Of a stretch of DNA of 40,853 nt, positions 21,853 through 34,190 are shown piece by piece. A program made the translations under genes and the position numbers. The stretch is taken from contig MU004193.1 of assembly GCA_010093605.1 (NCBI GenBank), forward strand, positions 529,321 through 570,173, in the 5' to 3' direction. Origin of the DNA: Lophium mytilinum. Lineage: Eukaryota. A model generated the notes under the pieces. It ran no database searches. It was given only the letters and a program-made list of their open reading frames with translations, and was not told the DNA's origin. Within the stretch, counting starts at the first letter, position 1. Each line of letters opens with the position of its first letter.

Positions 21853-24800
21853 TCAAGTATTCGGACTGCGAGGTTGATAAAGTGAAGCTCCAGAATTTCG
21901 CATGGGCGGAGAGCCTGCAGACGCGAGGCTATCGATTCTCTGAAAGCGCTCGGAGCTACTAGAGGCGATAGAGCGCCTGGGTAGTGCGAACGACTGCGAT
22001 GATGTCGCAGCTTTTAGTTCTTCGAGTACGTTCAGGAATTCTAGTCGGTCTAAACCATCGTCCGTAAGCAAAGATAACTGTGAGAGCGTGAAGACTTACG
22101 TCGACTATCTTGGAATGTTAGACCAATCTCAGAGTGGTCTTCTTGTTTCTCGTGATGGTGCCGGGAGCTTTTTAGCTCCTTTGTAGAAGCCTGCGGTTGG
22201 ATCGCTGTCATGGTGCTAATGTCGAGAAGCGAGCCACGGAGTCTATTAGATATAGTCAAAGTAGCGTCTGCCGTCGAGGAAGTCGAGATGCTCGTCATTT
22301 GGTTTACTATGAAGTCGTGAGTTTTGGCGCTCAGCATATGTAAAGGAACCAACATACTAGTGGCGGTGGTCCACAGCTTTTCGCCCTCGGCGTGGTTTCG
22401 AAAGGTTATCTGAGCTAACTTGCGTCTGCTTGAAGGAGTATTTACAATTTTCTCCCACAGAAGTACGTCCGATGGACCGTGCCTCTTGGAACCAAGGCGC
22501 CGGTTGCGAGATTTACTTCTAGGTATGGTGGCGAAGTATTTCAAAGTCCAGCCAGTTAGCGCGAAGAGGAAGCTAACAATACCTATACTTGTGTTAGCTA
22601 CTATGACGAAACCAATAGCTTCAATACTCACCAGCTGTTAGATAAGGCAGAGTTGGGATAGATCCCAGGGGAAAAGCCACATTCAAAGAGGTCTTGAGCT
22701 GTTTCGCTTCCTTGAAACGCCCTACTTTATCGTGATCGACAGCAGGCTCCCCTCGAACGTCGGAGTGATAAGTCGGCGTAGCTACGTTGCCTAACGTTAG
22801 GCTCATTTGATAGTCGCGATCCGGTGCGCGAGGATCACCCTCGGCGTCGTATCCATTAAGATGTAAGTCCAGCTCCTTGTACCGAATGTAAAGCTTGGAC
22901 GTATTGAAACCAGAGGGTGTATGGGTGGTAATGATTGCTATTCGATAATCAAGTATTCGGGAGGCGGCTACCTTTCTGCCTATATCGTAAACTCGAGCTT
23001 CTTGGAATGGTGATATCTCGATGTCCACACCGCTCCGGACAATGACGCCATCTTCAACGGGGAATCGCAAACGATTGATGAATTTGGAAACATCTTGGAT
23101 GATTAGTCGACGGCATTTGCCAATGAAAGGAGATCCTTACCGATGCGATCCGCGAAAGTCAGTGTTAATGTGTTATTGGGATGAAGCGGGTCATAGATCT
23201 AAGAATGTTAATAGCGTATTAGAGTGGAAGAGGATCTCAAAGGACGAGGTGCATACCCAATTGTACTGTTCGCCATAGTTGTCTGAAATATGTTAGTCAA
23301 CTCTAGGTGGGAATGGTGGAGATCGACTAGAGATTGCGTCTTACCGGTAGTCTCCCGTTTCATCTGATTGCAATCCGACCACGAGATCGTGACTTGATCG
23401 CCGTCGACTCGGTACGTAATATCTGCAAGCGGAAGCCCTATTTCATGTGATAAGAAAGAGTTCAACAGGATGGAGGCCATGATAAACATACAAAAAGAAT
23501 GGCAATGCTTTCTTGCGGGAACTCCGGTCGAATAGTTTACGACAAGTCGTCGTGTCACCCACTCTATTTTTGGCATCTGTGTTTGGTTTTTTGAACCATT
23601 GTTATGGTCACCTTCTGGATCTCTCGCAGGAGTTTCATAGATTTGTACTCGAGATTCTGGTACCTCGCATCGTGCGCAGACATCTGTTGCAGCGTCATTC
23701 CCGTCATTCTTCAAGAAAGAGGTGATAACCGCGTTAAAAATGTGCTGCTCTTCAGATTGTGGAGCACATAGACATTTTGTCTCAAGCCCTGCTGGTGGCG
23801 AATTCGGGGAAAAGGGAAATGAAGTGGCTGAGTCCATTGGCGGCGATATGGATTGGGGTTGCGATGCTCTCGAGCTTTGGCGAGAAACTGTAGACCCACG
23901 AGCTGAAGATGTCATTGTAGCATCAGCGCTAAGACGAATGGGCGCTGAAGTGATAGTAACTGAATTCTTTTCACTTCCGCCACGAGAGCGACTCGAAGCT
24001 CTTGGAGATACCGATCGCTCCCGAGATGATGGGCTGGTAGGTGAGATAGAGCTTGGGTTTCTGGCGGCATCTGAGAAGCCTAAGGCTGTGCCGAGACTGG
24101 CTTGTGATATCCCTAGGCCAGGGTTCCATGACCTAGAACTTTGAGGTGTGTTCTCGGAAACAACGCTATCGAATCTTGTACAGCACGGTCCGATGAAGGA
24201 TTCCAGCGGCGTTCGCCCGTGCGCGTGCTGGTGGATCATATTCAAGACCCTTTGAGCGGTGGGTCTCTTCTCGGGATCTTCTTGAATCTGAAAGAGCGTA
24301 AGAACGTATATTGACGGTTGGTTGAGCATTGCGATAGCTCTGTGTACATTCATTTGAAACTGCTGGGGCTGATCCGATAAACTTCCCAAATTAATCCTTT
24401 GCGTAGGGCAACTCTGCACAAATAGTCTAAGACGCATCTGAAGAGGCCCACAAAGGTAGCAGGCTGGCAGTATTGGTTGAGATCCTTCATACCCAAAATA
24501 TGAAAATGTATTCGACGCTATATCCAGTGAAAACAAGTACATACGTACACTTTATGTTATAGAAATAAGAGAAAGGAAAAAAAAACATACCATCATGGTT
24601 ATCCACTCGAGCGGGGCGTCATCAGGTGAGCCGTTTCGAATTTCTTTGAGCCACAGCTTGATCTCTTTTGGAGCACTCCAAAACCCTTGCGTACTCGTCC
24701 CTTCGCTGGCTCGTGACAAGAACTCGTTCATATCGTCAAGAGCATAGCCTTTGATGATGGTAATTAATTCCAGGAAAACAGTACCCAGAGACCAGATATC

Positions 24801-25793
24801 GGAAGATTCGTTCCTACTACCCTGACCGATGACCTCGGGCGCACAGTACTTTTGTGTATAGCGAAATACATTGCCTTCGGTTGTGCTGCGTCCATCTGTT
24901 GACCAGTCTCGCGATATACCGAAGTCGCACAAGTATATGCGTCCTCCGCCGCTGATCAGGACGTTTCCCGGTTTGATATCTTTGTGTCGCACTTGATGAT
25001 CATGCAAGTAAGAGATTGCGTCAGCCAAACAGCCAAAGGCAGCTCCGAGACATGAGATTTCTTCGGTTGGAAGAGGATGTTCTCTGTCCTGGCACATCAG
25101 GACATCTTTCAAGACTTGGTCGGCAACGGGATGCAGGATCAGAGAGAATGAGTCGAGATCTGTATAGCTACCCACACAACTGACTAGATGCTTATGGCGC
25201 ACACGTTGCAGAACATTGAGCTCTTGTTCGAATTCAACCAGTTGATGCCGCTGTTCCTCGAAGGTTCTGCCACGAGCTATGCGCTTGCAGGCAAAGTACT
25301 TGCCTGTCAGTTTGTGCCGTACTCGTCCTACTCGAGCAGAACCGCCGTGGCCGAGTTCTCCCAGCTGTTCGAAATAAAAGCTGCTTTGGTGGATGTATCG
25401 GTGGGTATGGACGCCAGAGAAGAAGTTGGATTCGTTCATAAGCTCTGGTCTGGACAGGACATGAGGCTGCAGACGTCGAAACTCTTTTATGTCCAGACCG
25501 CTTGTCGCGAGAGGTGGTCCGTACAAGTAGCGGTTCGATAGAGGTAGCCATACGTCTCCAATCTGCTCACGACCAAATAGAAGAAAGACGCTGTCGTCCT
25601 CGACGTAGCCGAGCATCCGTAAAAGAGTATAAGTCCTGGGGTTGCGGCTCCAATTTTGAAGAATAACATCAGGGTGCTGAGCCAGGAGACCCTTGATTTC
25701 TAGGAATAAGGCGTCGTCTATGAACTGTGGGGGGTCCCGGGGGATCCTGTGGGTGAGGGAGTCCCCAATATCTTCGCGGGCATGGTCGTCCAT
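21853..25793 (-). CDS. Ser/Thr protein kinase with large C-terminal domain of unknown function (~1088 aa, 9 exons)
   Basis: Kinase motifs LGHGGSARV, FACKRI, FEQE, HKDIKPGNVL, DFG, YCAPE, SDIWSLG. Introns 24590-24288, 23491-23438, 23344-23283, 23256-23199, 23140-23094, 22631-22583, 22357-22307 and 22099-22050 (all GT-AG) join the track ORFs into one 3267-nt frame ending at TGA 21853. Confidence 0.88.
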
Positions 25794-26464
25794 GTCTTCG
25801 TCGGCGTCTTGGGATGTTCAGCCGGTTGTGCTGGCAGTTGAACATCAGGCAAGGTCTCTTACTCCGGTGTTGAGGATAATTGAACATGAATGAGGTTCTC
25901 CCCGGGGCCCATCTTGTGACTCTCGAGGCGATGGGGGGAGGAGGCTATGCGCGCTGTGGCGGTCGCAATGTTGTAGCCTCACTGAACGCATGCGTGTCCC
26001 CGCAGCACGGAATCAACAGGGATGACAGCAGGCTGTGCTAGCAAGGGGCACCCAAGATTTAGTGTACCCAGGAATGCACACCACATAGCTCGTGTTTGAC
26101 AAACCGCCACCGACGCCAATCACCTGCCGCGCTCACCAGATACGCTCACCGGTGGGAAGAAGGCATAGGTCGAAAGCTCAAGTGGTTCCGACCGAGCTGA
26201 CAGCACGTGAGCGGGAACTGCTGGGGCTGCATACGATTCGCCCAGCCCTATCGAGGGCGAGGATGTCGAAAGTAGGCTAATGGTTGCCTGCATCCTAAGC
26301 AGGTCGTACTAGGGGGCTGTATCCCGCAAGGCATACTCCGCCCTGTCTTGGACCCAATCCAATAGAGTACTGGTTGATTCCCTTGGTGATTATAGCTAAT
26401 AAGCGTTAACGTCCCCTACACCGAGCGTGCAAACAGACGTTGAACTTCCCACGTTGATGCCAGC

Positions 26465-29129
26465 ATGCGTCCCCACAACTCAGATCCCGAAGGAGCCGGC
26501 AAGCCAGGGGGCAGCGGGGAGCGACCGGACCGTGTGCTAGCGCAGCCGTTCTCGGGATGGACCCACAAAACCATGACCGACAGCATCGACGACTTCTTGA
26601 GAGAGTCGGAGCTGGACGACTATGCCCACTACATCCGCAAAGGTGCTTTTCTAGCACAGTCCAAGGCTGCGTTCCCCAAAGACCGAGAGCGATCCGACGG
26701 CCTTACTTTGAAGCCTATCGAACGGCAGTATCTTGATCTAGAGTACAGCACCAGGAAAATCGACACTTTCAAGCAACCATGGAGACTTTATATCCTCATA
26801 GCCTGCTGCTCAGTTGGTGCCGCTGTTCAGGGCATGGATGAAACCGCTGTCAATGCAGGTAAGCTCCATAGCATAGAGACAGACATCTCAGAGTTATCCC
26901 ATAGTGTAAACGGATTGCTGACGCAGTTCAATCAGCCCAGATCTACTATCAAAAAGCCTTCGGTATCTCCGGTAAAGATGGCTGGATAGGCCTACTCAAT
27001 GGTGCTCCATATCTATGCTGTGCACTGTCCTGCTGGTAGGCCTTCTGCGTCTATGGCAACTAGTACGCTAACCCCCCTCAGGCTCAATTATCCTCTGAAC
27101 AGATTATTGGATCGTCGAGGCGTCATATTCTTGACTTGTTTCATAAGTTCTGCAACCTGTCTTGGTCAAGCGTTCCCCCAAACATGGAAGGTACTTCGCC
27201 ACAACTCACCTCGTGCTTTTACCTTCTCTTTTCGCTCAATCCCTAACCTTCATAGCAACTATTTCTTGCCAGATTTCTACTTGGATTCGGCATTGGACCA
27301 AAGAGGTGAGCGATTTTCGCATCACTAGCGGAAGACATCTAGCTAAGATCTTATTGCAGCGCTACGATTCCGATCTATGCTGCAGAATGTGCTCCGGCGA
27401 ATATCCGTGGTGCTCTGGTCATGATGTGGCAGATGTGGACTGCGTTTGGTTAGTCATTTCCAGGCCTTCGCTCTCCGAACGCGCTATTCTAATGCTTTGT
27501 AGGGATAATGCTAGGATATATTGCGGGTGTAGTCCTGGCTGGTGTTAGGGACGGCAACAATCCGGAAATATGCATTGTCGACCCAAGCAATCCCAAATAC
27601 GACCGATCAATGCTATTGACCGCACAATGCAGCTTAAATTGGCGACTGATGCTTGCCAGTCCGGTAAAAAAAAGGACCTCAATGTATGCATTTTCTAGCA
27701 AGCTGACATTTTGTAGATGGTATTGCCGCTGATCGTTGTGGCTTACGTCTACTGCCTGCCCGAGTCACCTCGATGGCTTCTAATGAGAGCACGACAAGGG
27801 AACAAAGCCAAATACGAAGAGGCTTTCCTGTCGTTATGCAAGGTATGCTTCAGGATACTCCACAAGCATTATGTAACTCCGCATCTGACTCTGGTTCCAG
27901 CTTCGTCACACCAAACTGCAAGCCGGACGAGATCTATTCCTAATCAACCATCTCCTCAAAGGCGAAGAAGACATCACGAAGACCAATAAGCCGTTTACTG
28001 AGCTGTTCACGTTAGGACGCAATCGCAGAGCTCTTACGGCTAGCGTCATCGTAATGTTTCTTCAGCAGGTAGATAACCTACCAACCCTTCAGTTCTCCTC
28101 TTACTCAACACTCTTTAGTTTTGTGGCGTAAACGTCACGGCGTATTACTCCAGTTCCATTCTCGTACAAAACGCTGGTTTCAGTAATCGCAATGCTCTTC
28201 TGGTAAGCTGGCACGCTTCAAATCGTAGCAAATACAGTACAAATAAGTCGCAAATTGCTAATACGAACTGTATGACAGGTTTCAATGGGCTTTGGCATCA
28301 TAAACTTTCTCTTTGCCATTCCCGCTATCTGGACCATTGACACATTCGGCAGGTAATTGGCGCCAAGAACCATGCTCCCGCAGGCTTCAAGCTAATATCT
28401 TGGTCAGACGCAACTTACTCCTCTCGACATTCCCTTTTATGGCTTTCTTTCAAATCCTTATGTGCATCGCATTTCGATTCCCAAAGGGCTCTAAGACTCA
28501 AACTGTAATAACAATCCTGGCCATGTATTTATTCGGCGTCGCCTACAGTCCCGGAGAAGGACCAGTGCCTTTCGTGAGCCTTGTCCAAATCATTCTTACT
28601 TGTGGGTCACTAACAGACCATCTCAGGTCTACTCTGCTGAATCAATGCCCCTCTACAACCGTGACTTTGGTAAGCCACCTTCTCAGTCCTATAAAATTTT
28701 CAAGAACTAACAATAAATGTAGGCATGGGCATCGTAACCTCCGTGCTTTGGTTCTTCAACTTCTTCCTTTCCATCACGTGGCCCAAATTCGTCACCGCCT
28801 TCACCGCATCCGGCGCTTTTGGCTGGTATGCTTGCTGGTGCGTGATCGGGTGGTGGATGATCCTCCTCTTTGTCCCCGAAACCAAAGACCTCACCCTCGA
28901 GCAACTCGATCAAGTCTTCCGAGTCTCCACGCGCGAGCATGCCGCCCATGGGCTTGCCCAACTCAGGTGGTTCATCCGGCGATATGTGTTCAGGAGGTGG
29001 GGGACCAAAAAGCCAATTTTCATTCGCAAAGAGGATCCGGATGAGGTATATATGACAGGGAGGAGTGGGTATGAAGAGGTTCAAGAAGAGAAGACGGTTG
29101 GGACGTCGACAGGGGTGATGATGCACTAG
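26465..29129 (+). CDS. MFS sugar-porter family transporter (polyol/myo-inositol-like), ~13 exons
   Basis: Motifs [109 protein letters not shown], split by about 12 GT-AG introns (the first starts at 26859). Confidence 0.92.
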
Positions 29130-29419
29130 TTCGATAATGTGGGTCAAAGGCTACAGTACCACCTCTCTCGCGCTCTTTGGAAGTTTATATCTCGTTATCT
29201 CGTGCACTTTCCTTTGGCTCGACGCTATATCAGATACATCTGAATGGTCTTTGTTTTTCATTTCATGACCCTCACGTGACCGCTTCGAATTTTGCCAGGC
29301 GCATTTCAAACTTTGCCCGTCATAGCAAACTTTACCAGCCTCATTTTCAAACTTTACCCGACGCGTTTTCAAACTTTGGCACCTCTAGTGTATGCGGAGC
29401 ACGTAACCATACCAAAACT

Positions 29420-29575
29420 CCATAAGTCTCACAGATTGTCCCTGCTTGGCTCAAATGCTGATCGCTCGACACCGCTGTAGGGGGTTGTCTGATTGCTGAG
29501 CTGCCAGTTAATTAAGAGGCAGTATCAACTGCACTGCTTGAAACTCGACATCTGCCTAGATCTTTAAAATCCTGT
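29420..29575 (+). mobile_element. Degenerate single copy of the MITE-like repeat unit
   Basis: acaccgctgtagggggttgtctgattgctgagctgccagttaattaagaggcagtatcaactgcactgcttgaaactcgacat aligns with array unit acaccactgttgggggtagcctggttgctgcgtagccagttagttaagagagagtctaatatgaactgcttgaaccgagacat (~12394-12475). Confidence 0.7.
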
Positions 29576-29956
29576 TTTGTGACTTTCCTCGCAGTAGATA
29601 TCTTTCTCTTCCCTCCTCTTATCCGCTCAAGCTATTGACCTAGCAAGTTTTAGTGATTTCTCTATATCTACACCTTTTCTAGAAGTTTCAAAAAGCTTAT
29701 CAAATTTTTCAAAATGCTAGTGCTGTCTCATCTCAATCAGGGTCTTTTGAGTATGTTGAAGTACGAAAAAGACTTCCGAGCAGATATCACTGTAGGCAAG
29801 GGACGTATCCATTTCACTAACCCAGCACGCCATAGTAACGAAACGCACGAATGCTACACACAACCCCCTCTAATGCAGCCTCTCTGGATCCGAATCCACC
29901 TCTATCTCCGATCCATTATCCCTCCCCATATCGCGTATCAGCTGCTTATACATCCT

Positions 29957-31101
29957 CTAACTCAAGCGCGCTAGTTTTCCCCTTGGTACCTTGAGTTTCA
30001 CAACCAAAGATCTCCGCGGTTCCTGTCCCTGCTCCGCAATCTCATTCTGCGCCTCTCTCAAGGGCCTGGGTTCTACGCCTGGCCGGCCCCACGATGACCT
30101 CATATCCGGCCTCGCTGAGCTCTCCGCCGGGGGACTCTAATACCCACACGTTAGCAATCTCCACGACGGATCTAACCCACCCTCAAATGTCTCTCTTACC
30201 CCATGCGCGCCCCTCCTATAAAGTTCCCGAACATCAAGAAACCTTCTCTCCCCCGCATCCAACCAACATGACTCCTCCTCAAACAAATCCACATCCGGCG
30301 TATCCACCTGCCCGTCCGCTTGCTCCCCCTCGAACCCCTAATCACCACACATATTAGCCTTCTCCAAGTCCCAGACTGCATCTCGCATCCCACCCTACTC
30401 ACCGCATCACCTAACCCCTCCTCTTCCTCATCGCCTACCCGCACACCCACCCCCTTCAGCACAGCCTCGCGCAGTTCTCTCAGTTCCTTCGACGCACGCG
30501 TCTTCCGTAGACGCCCAGCTGCCATGGCAATGCTATCGTCCTCCTGCTTGCGTTTAGCTCGCAGCTGCTCCTGCCGCTGGATGGTCTTCCGCAGATTCTC
30601 TCGTCTCTCCTCGTACAGCGCCCGGTCAGCGACTGGGTCAAGGTCGGGCGGCTGCTGGGGTTCGGGTGGCTGCTGTGGATCGGGCGATTGCTGGGGTTCG
30701 GGCGACAGCTGGGGTTCGGGCGGTTGCTGGGGTTCGGACGACTGCTGGGGATCGGGCGAATGTTGCGGATCCGCCGTCAAGGAAGGGGTGCTTGGTTGCA
30801 TAGTGGACAGGGAGGGTTCTTTGGGAGGCGAATAAATGATAGGGGGAGGGCTGAGGGAAGATGAGGCGCTTGGGGCGGTTGGTCGAATTGTGGACCGGGG
30901 AGACGCGAGCCTGAGGTCTGTGGGAGGCGAGTGGAGGATGGATGGGGGAGGGCTGAGGGATGACGAGGCGCTTGAGGGGGTTTCGGGAGGTGTTTGCCTT
31001 TGTTGGGCTTCTGCGAGTTTGGTCGTCTGGGGGGTTGGAGGAGTTTCGGCATGGCGGTCCTTTGATACGGGCTTGAGGGAGTGGGAGGTGTTTGTGGCCA
31101 T
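29957..31101 (-). CDS. Hypothetical Pro/Ser/Gln-rich protein with coiled coil; 3' exons uncertain
   Basis: ATG 31101. Duplicated SASSSLSPPP motif, (PQQPPE)n, coiled coil RRENLRKTIQRQEQLRAKRKQE. GTGAGT and GTAAGA donors with CTAAT/CTAAC branch sites near 30400 and 30200 suggest splicing. A downstream frame ends ...RRSLVVKLKVPRGKLARLS* at 29957, but I could not confirm the phase of the last junction. Confidence 0.6.
30645..30772 (-). repeat. 18-bp coding minisatellite, (D/E)PQ(Q/H/L)(P/S)(P/S) x7
   Basis: Protein DPQHSPDPQQSSEPQQPPEPQLSPEPQQSPDPQQPPEPQQPPD; + strand units GCTGGGGTTCGGG recur every 18 bp. Confidence 0.85.
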
Positions 31102-31895
31102 TTTCGGCGCGGGAATGGGAGAATCGAATGGGGTTTTTGAGTATTTTTATTGAGGTTATGAGTGTGAAAATATGTTGTCAAGTATGTGTGTTGGATGAAT
31201 GGGTATAAGTTGTGAGAGTTTGGGAGGACGGGGGGAGATATGGAAGTATTGGAGATGCGATAGGGCATGCCTGCCATGTCTACCCGGTGGGATGGTCTTG
31301 CCTGACGGCCATGGATTCAAGCATCTCTCGCATCTTTCGGTCTTGTAAATACCTTCCTAAGATGATCGGCGGAGGGTTGTGGACGTAATGGAGCAGCGGG
31401 AAACAAATAAGTAGAAGCTTAGAGATATGTATCAAGAGTTGATATTTGACGCACAGGAAGCCGGGCGAAGTGAGGCGTGGCCAAAGATATGCACTCTTGG
31501 TCTGGATCGCGACTTCTATGCCAGATTAAAGATGTCTGAGATTAGCTAGAGCTTTTGAATTGCATACGGTCCGGATGAATGAATGTGTATCCTACGACTA
31601 CGACGCGGCTCTGGCACTTTAGTCACTTAACTCCAGTTCACTTGTCCAAATATAAGATAGGTCTTAATCGTATGATTGGAGAACTATCATAACCTTTTGG
31701 TCATATTCAGAAACCACCGTATGATACCATACCATCCAGTGTGGTACATTTCCGGCCAATCCTCAGCCAGTTTTATCCCTCCTAGAGCAGTCACACATAC
31801 CAAGAAGATACCTCAGTATGAGAAAGCCGCTACACTTCTTCCCAAGAAGCATTTGTGTGGGTCCAAGGATGTACCAGCTCTAGCGGTAGTGGCCT

Positions 31896-32768
31896 TCAAG
31901 ACCACATGCACTTGAACGACTTGATCTTGTCATTGTAGTTCCAGGGTCCTAGGTTGCCGAGGTTCTGGGTGGCGTATAGTGGATCGTTATTCGAGACACA
32001 GTTATAGCCGCTAGTTTTGGACATTAGTCAGTCTTTATTCGAACAGTTTTCGCGTCCAGAGGGAGTTTCATGGAACTTTTCAAGACAAGACGTTGACTTA
32101 CTCCCAGAAGAGGCACCAGGAAGCTCGATGGCTGTCGCCCGTGAACTGGATCGAGGAGATGCAATCTCCGCAGCTGTGTCCGAGTTTAGTACGATGTGAA
32201 TAGACACAACAAACGAGGGTGGCTCTTACGGAGCTGCGAAGCAGCGGTCCATGGCATCGTCGGCACCTCCGTACCACCATTGACCTCTGTATTGCGAATC
32301 CCGGTAGAACCTGAGCTATAAAAGGCAATGTCAGCGGCCTCTATCAGCGCCATTCAGGATCTCCAGCGGCAAGAAGCTAGTGAACACGTACGATGGCATT
32401 GACGTTGTCGGCAGAGACGTCATCTCTAGCCTTCACCTCGGCCTCCGTCCCGATCACTTCGCCGTTCGAATCCACGGAATTCTTGGTCTATATTTGTGTT
32501 AGTAAATATGGACGGGAGGAAGAGAAAAGGTTGGTTTTGGCAACGTGGTTAGCCCTTCGAGGATAGTCTGATGGTAGCTTACTATTGCATTGGCGGCCTC
32601 ACTCGCGGCGTCCAGAGAGGAGCCCAGGGCGATATCCGCGTTGCGGATGGTGGACCTATCTGCCAACTCGATGGCTTCAGCGTTGGCCGAGCCTGGGATG
32701 GCTGCGCCGGCAATGCACCCGACCCAGAGTGCGATGATGGCAGTGAGACCGAGTCCGTGAAAACGCAT
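31896..32768 (-). CDS. Secreted beta/gamma-crystallin-like 6-Cys protein A (184 aa, 5 exons); effector or antimicrobial candidate
   Basis: Exons 32768-32583, 32487-32392, 32315-32230, 32173-32102, 32010-31896 (555 nt, all GT-AG). Signal peptide MRFHGLGLTAIIALWVGCIAG, acidic pro-region, then LRFYRDSQYRGQWWYGGADDAMDRCFAAPCGDCISSIQFTGDSHRASWCLFWDGYNCVSNNDPLYATQNLGNLGPWNYNDKIKSFKCMWS*. Confidence 0.85.
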
Positions 32769-33216
32769 GATGTTGGTTGGTGTTGATTGGTAGCTGTGTA
32801 GCTTGGGGGTGATGTTGATGTATCAGTGGTGGAGTATGAAGAGAAAAAAGTAGTGAGAAAGAAGGTGGATTGAAGGAGAAATGGAACGAGATTGAATAAA
32901 TGAGGACGACTCCAATCAGGGACAGTATATCCGGATCCTATCGCCCGTGACCAGCCAGCTAGCATACGTCGGATGATGAACGGTAGCATCTAAGGGTCAC
33001 GTGCGTATCGTTTTATGAGAACTTGAGAACCCCCGTCTAAAGTGGCTTCAGGAAGCATTAAACTCACAGAATTATCGGAAAACAACGTGAATATCACATA
33101 GATAGCACATGCATACTACATACTGGGTTGAATACTGACTAAATCCTATACCTCCAAGAGTGATAAAGCATAAAGACCCTGAAATCACACGCTCCCACTT
33201 CCAACCACATTGCCAC

Positions 33217-33808
33217 TCACTCAGCGGAGCACTTGACACTGCTAATCTGGTCGTTCCATCCAAAGATTCCAAGGGAATAGACAGGCTTGTCGGTCGTCAA
33301 GCTCCTACCAGTGCAGCCTGCGTTCCTGTTCAAAATCGCGTTAGCACTTGATGCGACCTCAAGACAAGCATGAAGATTAAGGGAAGTCTCGCTAGCTTGA
33401 CTTACGAGTAGAACACACACACAGAGCCGTGGATAGGGACCACGGAACTCGCGTTGTCGTCCCTGCATCAAAGGTTAGCATGTAAGTTAAGCACTTCGTG
33501 TATCGGGGGCTCCAAAGTCAGAGTATCTTTGACGTACATAGGGCCATAAATGTTGATGCACTGATTCAGGGCATCGTAGTAGGTGCAAGTGCCTTTCAAG
33601 TTAACGTCTTTGCAAATGTACACCTATCGAGGGGTTATTGGTACTGTCGCATACTATATTACGTCTTCGTGGATTTTTGACTTACGCCGCCAACAGCTCC
33701 GCGTCTGAGGTGGGCCAGAGAATGGAGGTGCCGGTCATGAGGTGCTGCGCCAACTAGGGCGGTGATTTGGAGGATGAGCCAGGACAGTAGGAGTACGATA
33801 GCCTTCAT
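33217..33808 (-). CDS. Secreted beta/gamma-crystallin-like 6-Cys protein B (124 aa, 4 exons); effector or antimicrobial candidate
   Basis: Exons 33808-33686, 33623-33538, 33462-33406, 33325-33217 (375 nt). Signal peptide MKAIVLLLSWLILQITALVGA, Kex2-like LRR site, then GAVGGVYICKDVNLKGTCTYYDALNQCINIYGPMDDNASSVVPIHGSVCVFYSNAGCTGRSLTTDKPVYSLGIFGWNDQISSVKCSAE*. Confidence 0.9.
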
Positions 33809-34190
33809 GATGTCTAGAGTTGCCTCGTGAGAAGCGTTCAACGCTTTAGCCGGGCGCGAAGTATGTAATGATTGTATTCCTATTACTGGTGTAGATTTCG
33901 TAGGTTCAGGTTGCTGCTATATGGTTTTTTTCAGAGTTATATACCTGACCGACTGCATAGTGCCAGCGCATTACGGGGCTTAGCTGTTGTCGTCGTGTTA
34001 GGCTAAGTGAAGTTGGCTACATATGATGGTTGTGGCAACGTCGGTCATAGCCTAATGCCTTCACTAGAGATATATAAGAAGGCCAGGGGGCCATGCAAAA
34101 AACCCTCACGGCTATAAATCACTGCGAAAGTGGAGACAGAGATGTGACAATCTGAAATTTGATTGGAGGAATCCACTAAGATACAGTGAC

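Noticed and set aside
23208..24542. Independent 444-aa gene as listed in the ORF track
   Set aside because: It starts inside kinase intron 1; IQEDPEKRPTA is kinase subdomain XI, so this is exon 2 onward of the kinase gene.
25669..25887. Upstream coding exon of the kinase
   Set aside because: An in-frame TGA lies 9 codons before ATG 25793 and this ORF is in another frame; at most an overlapping uORF.
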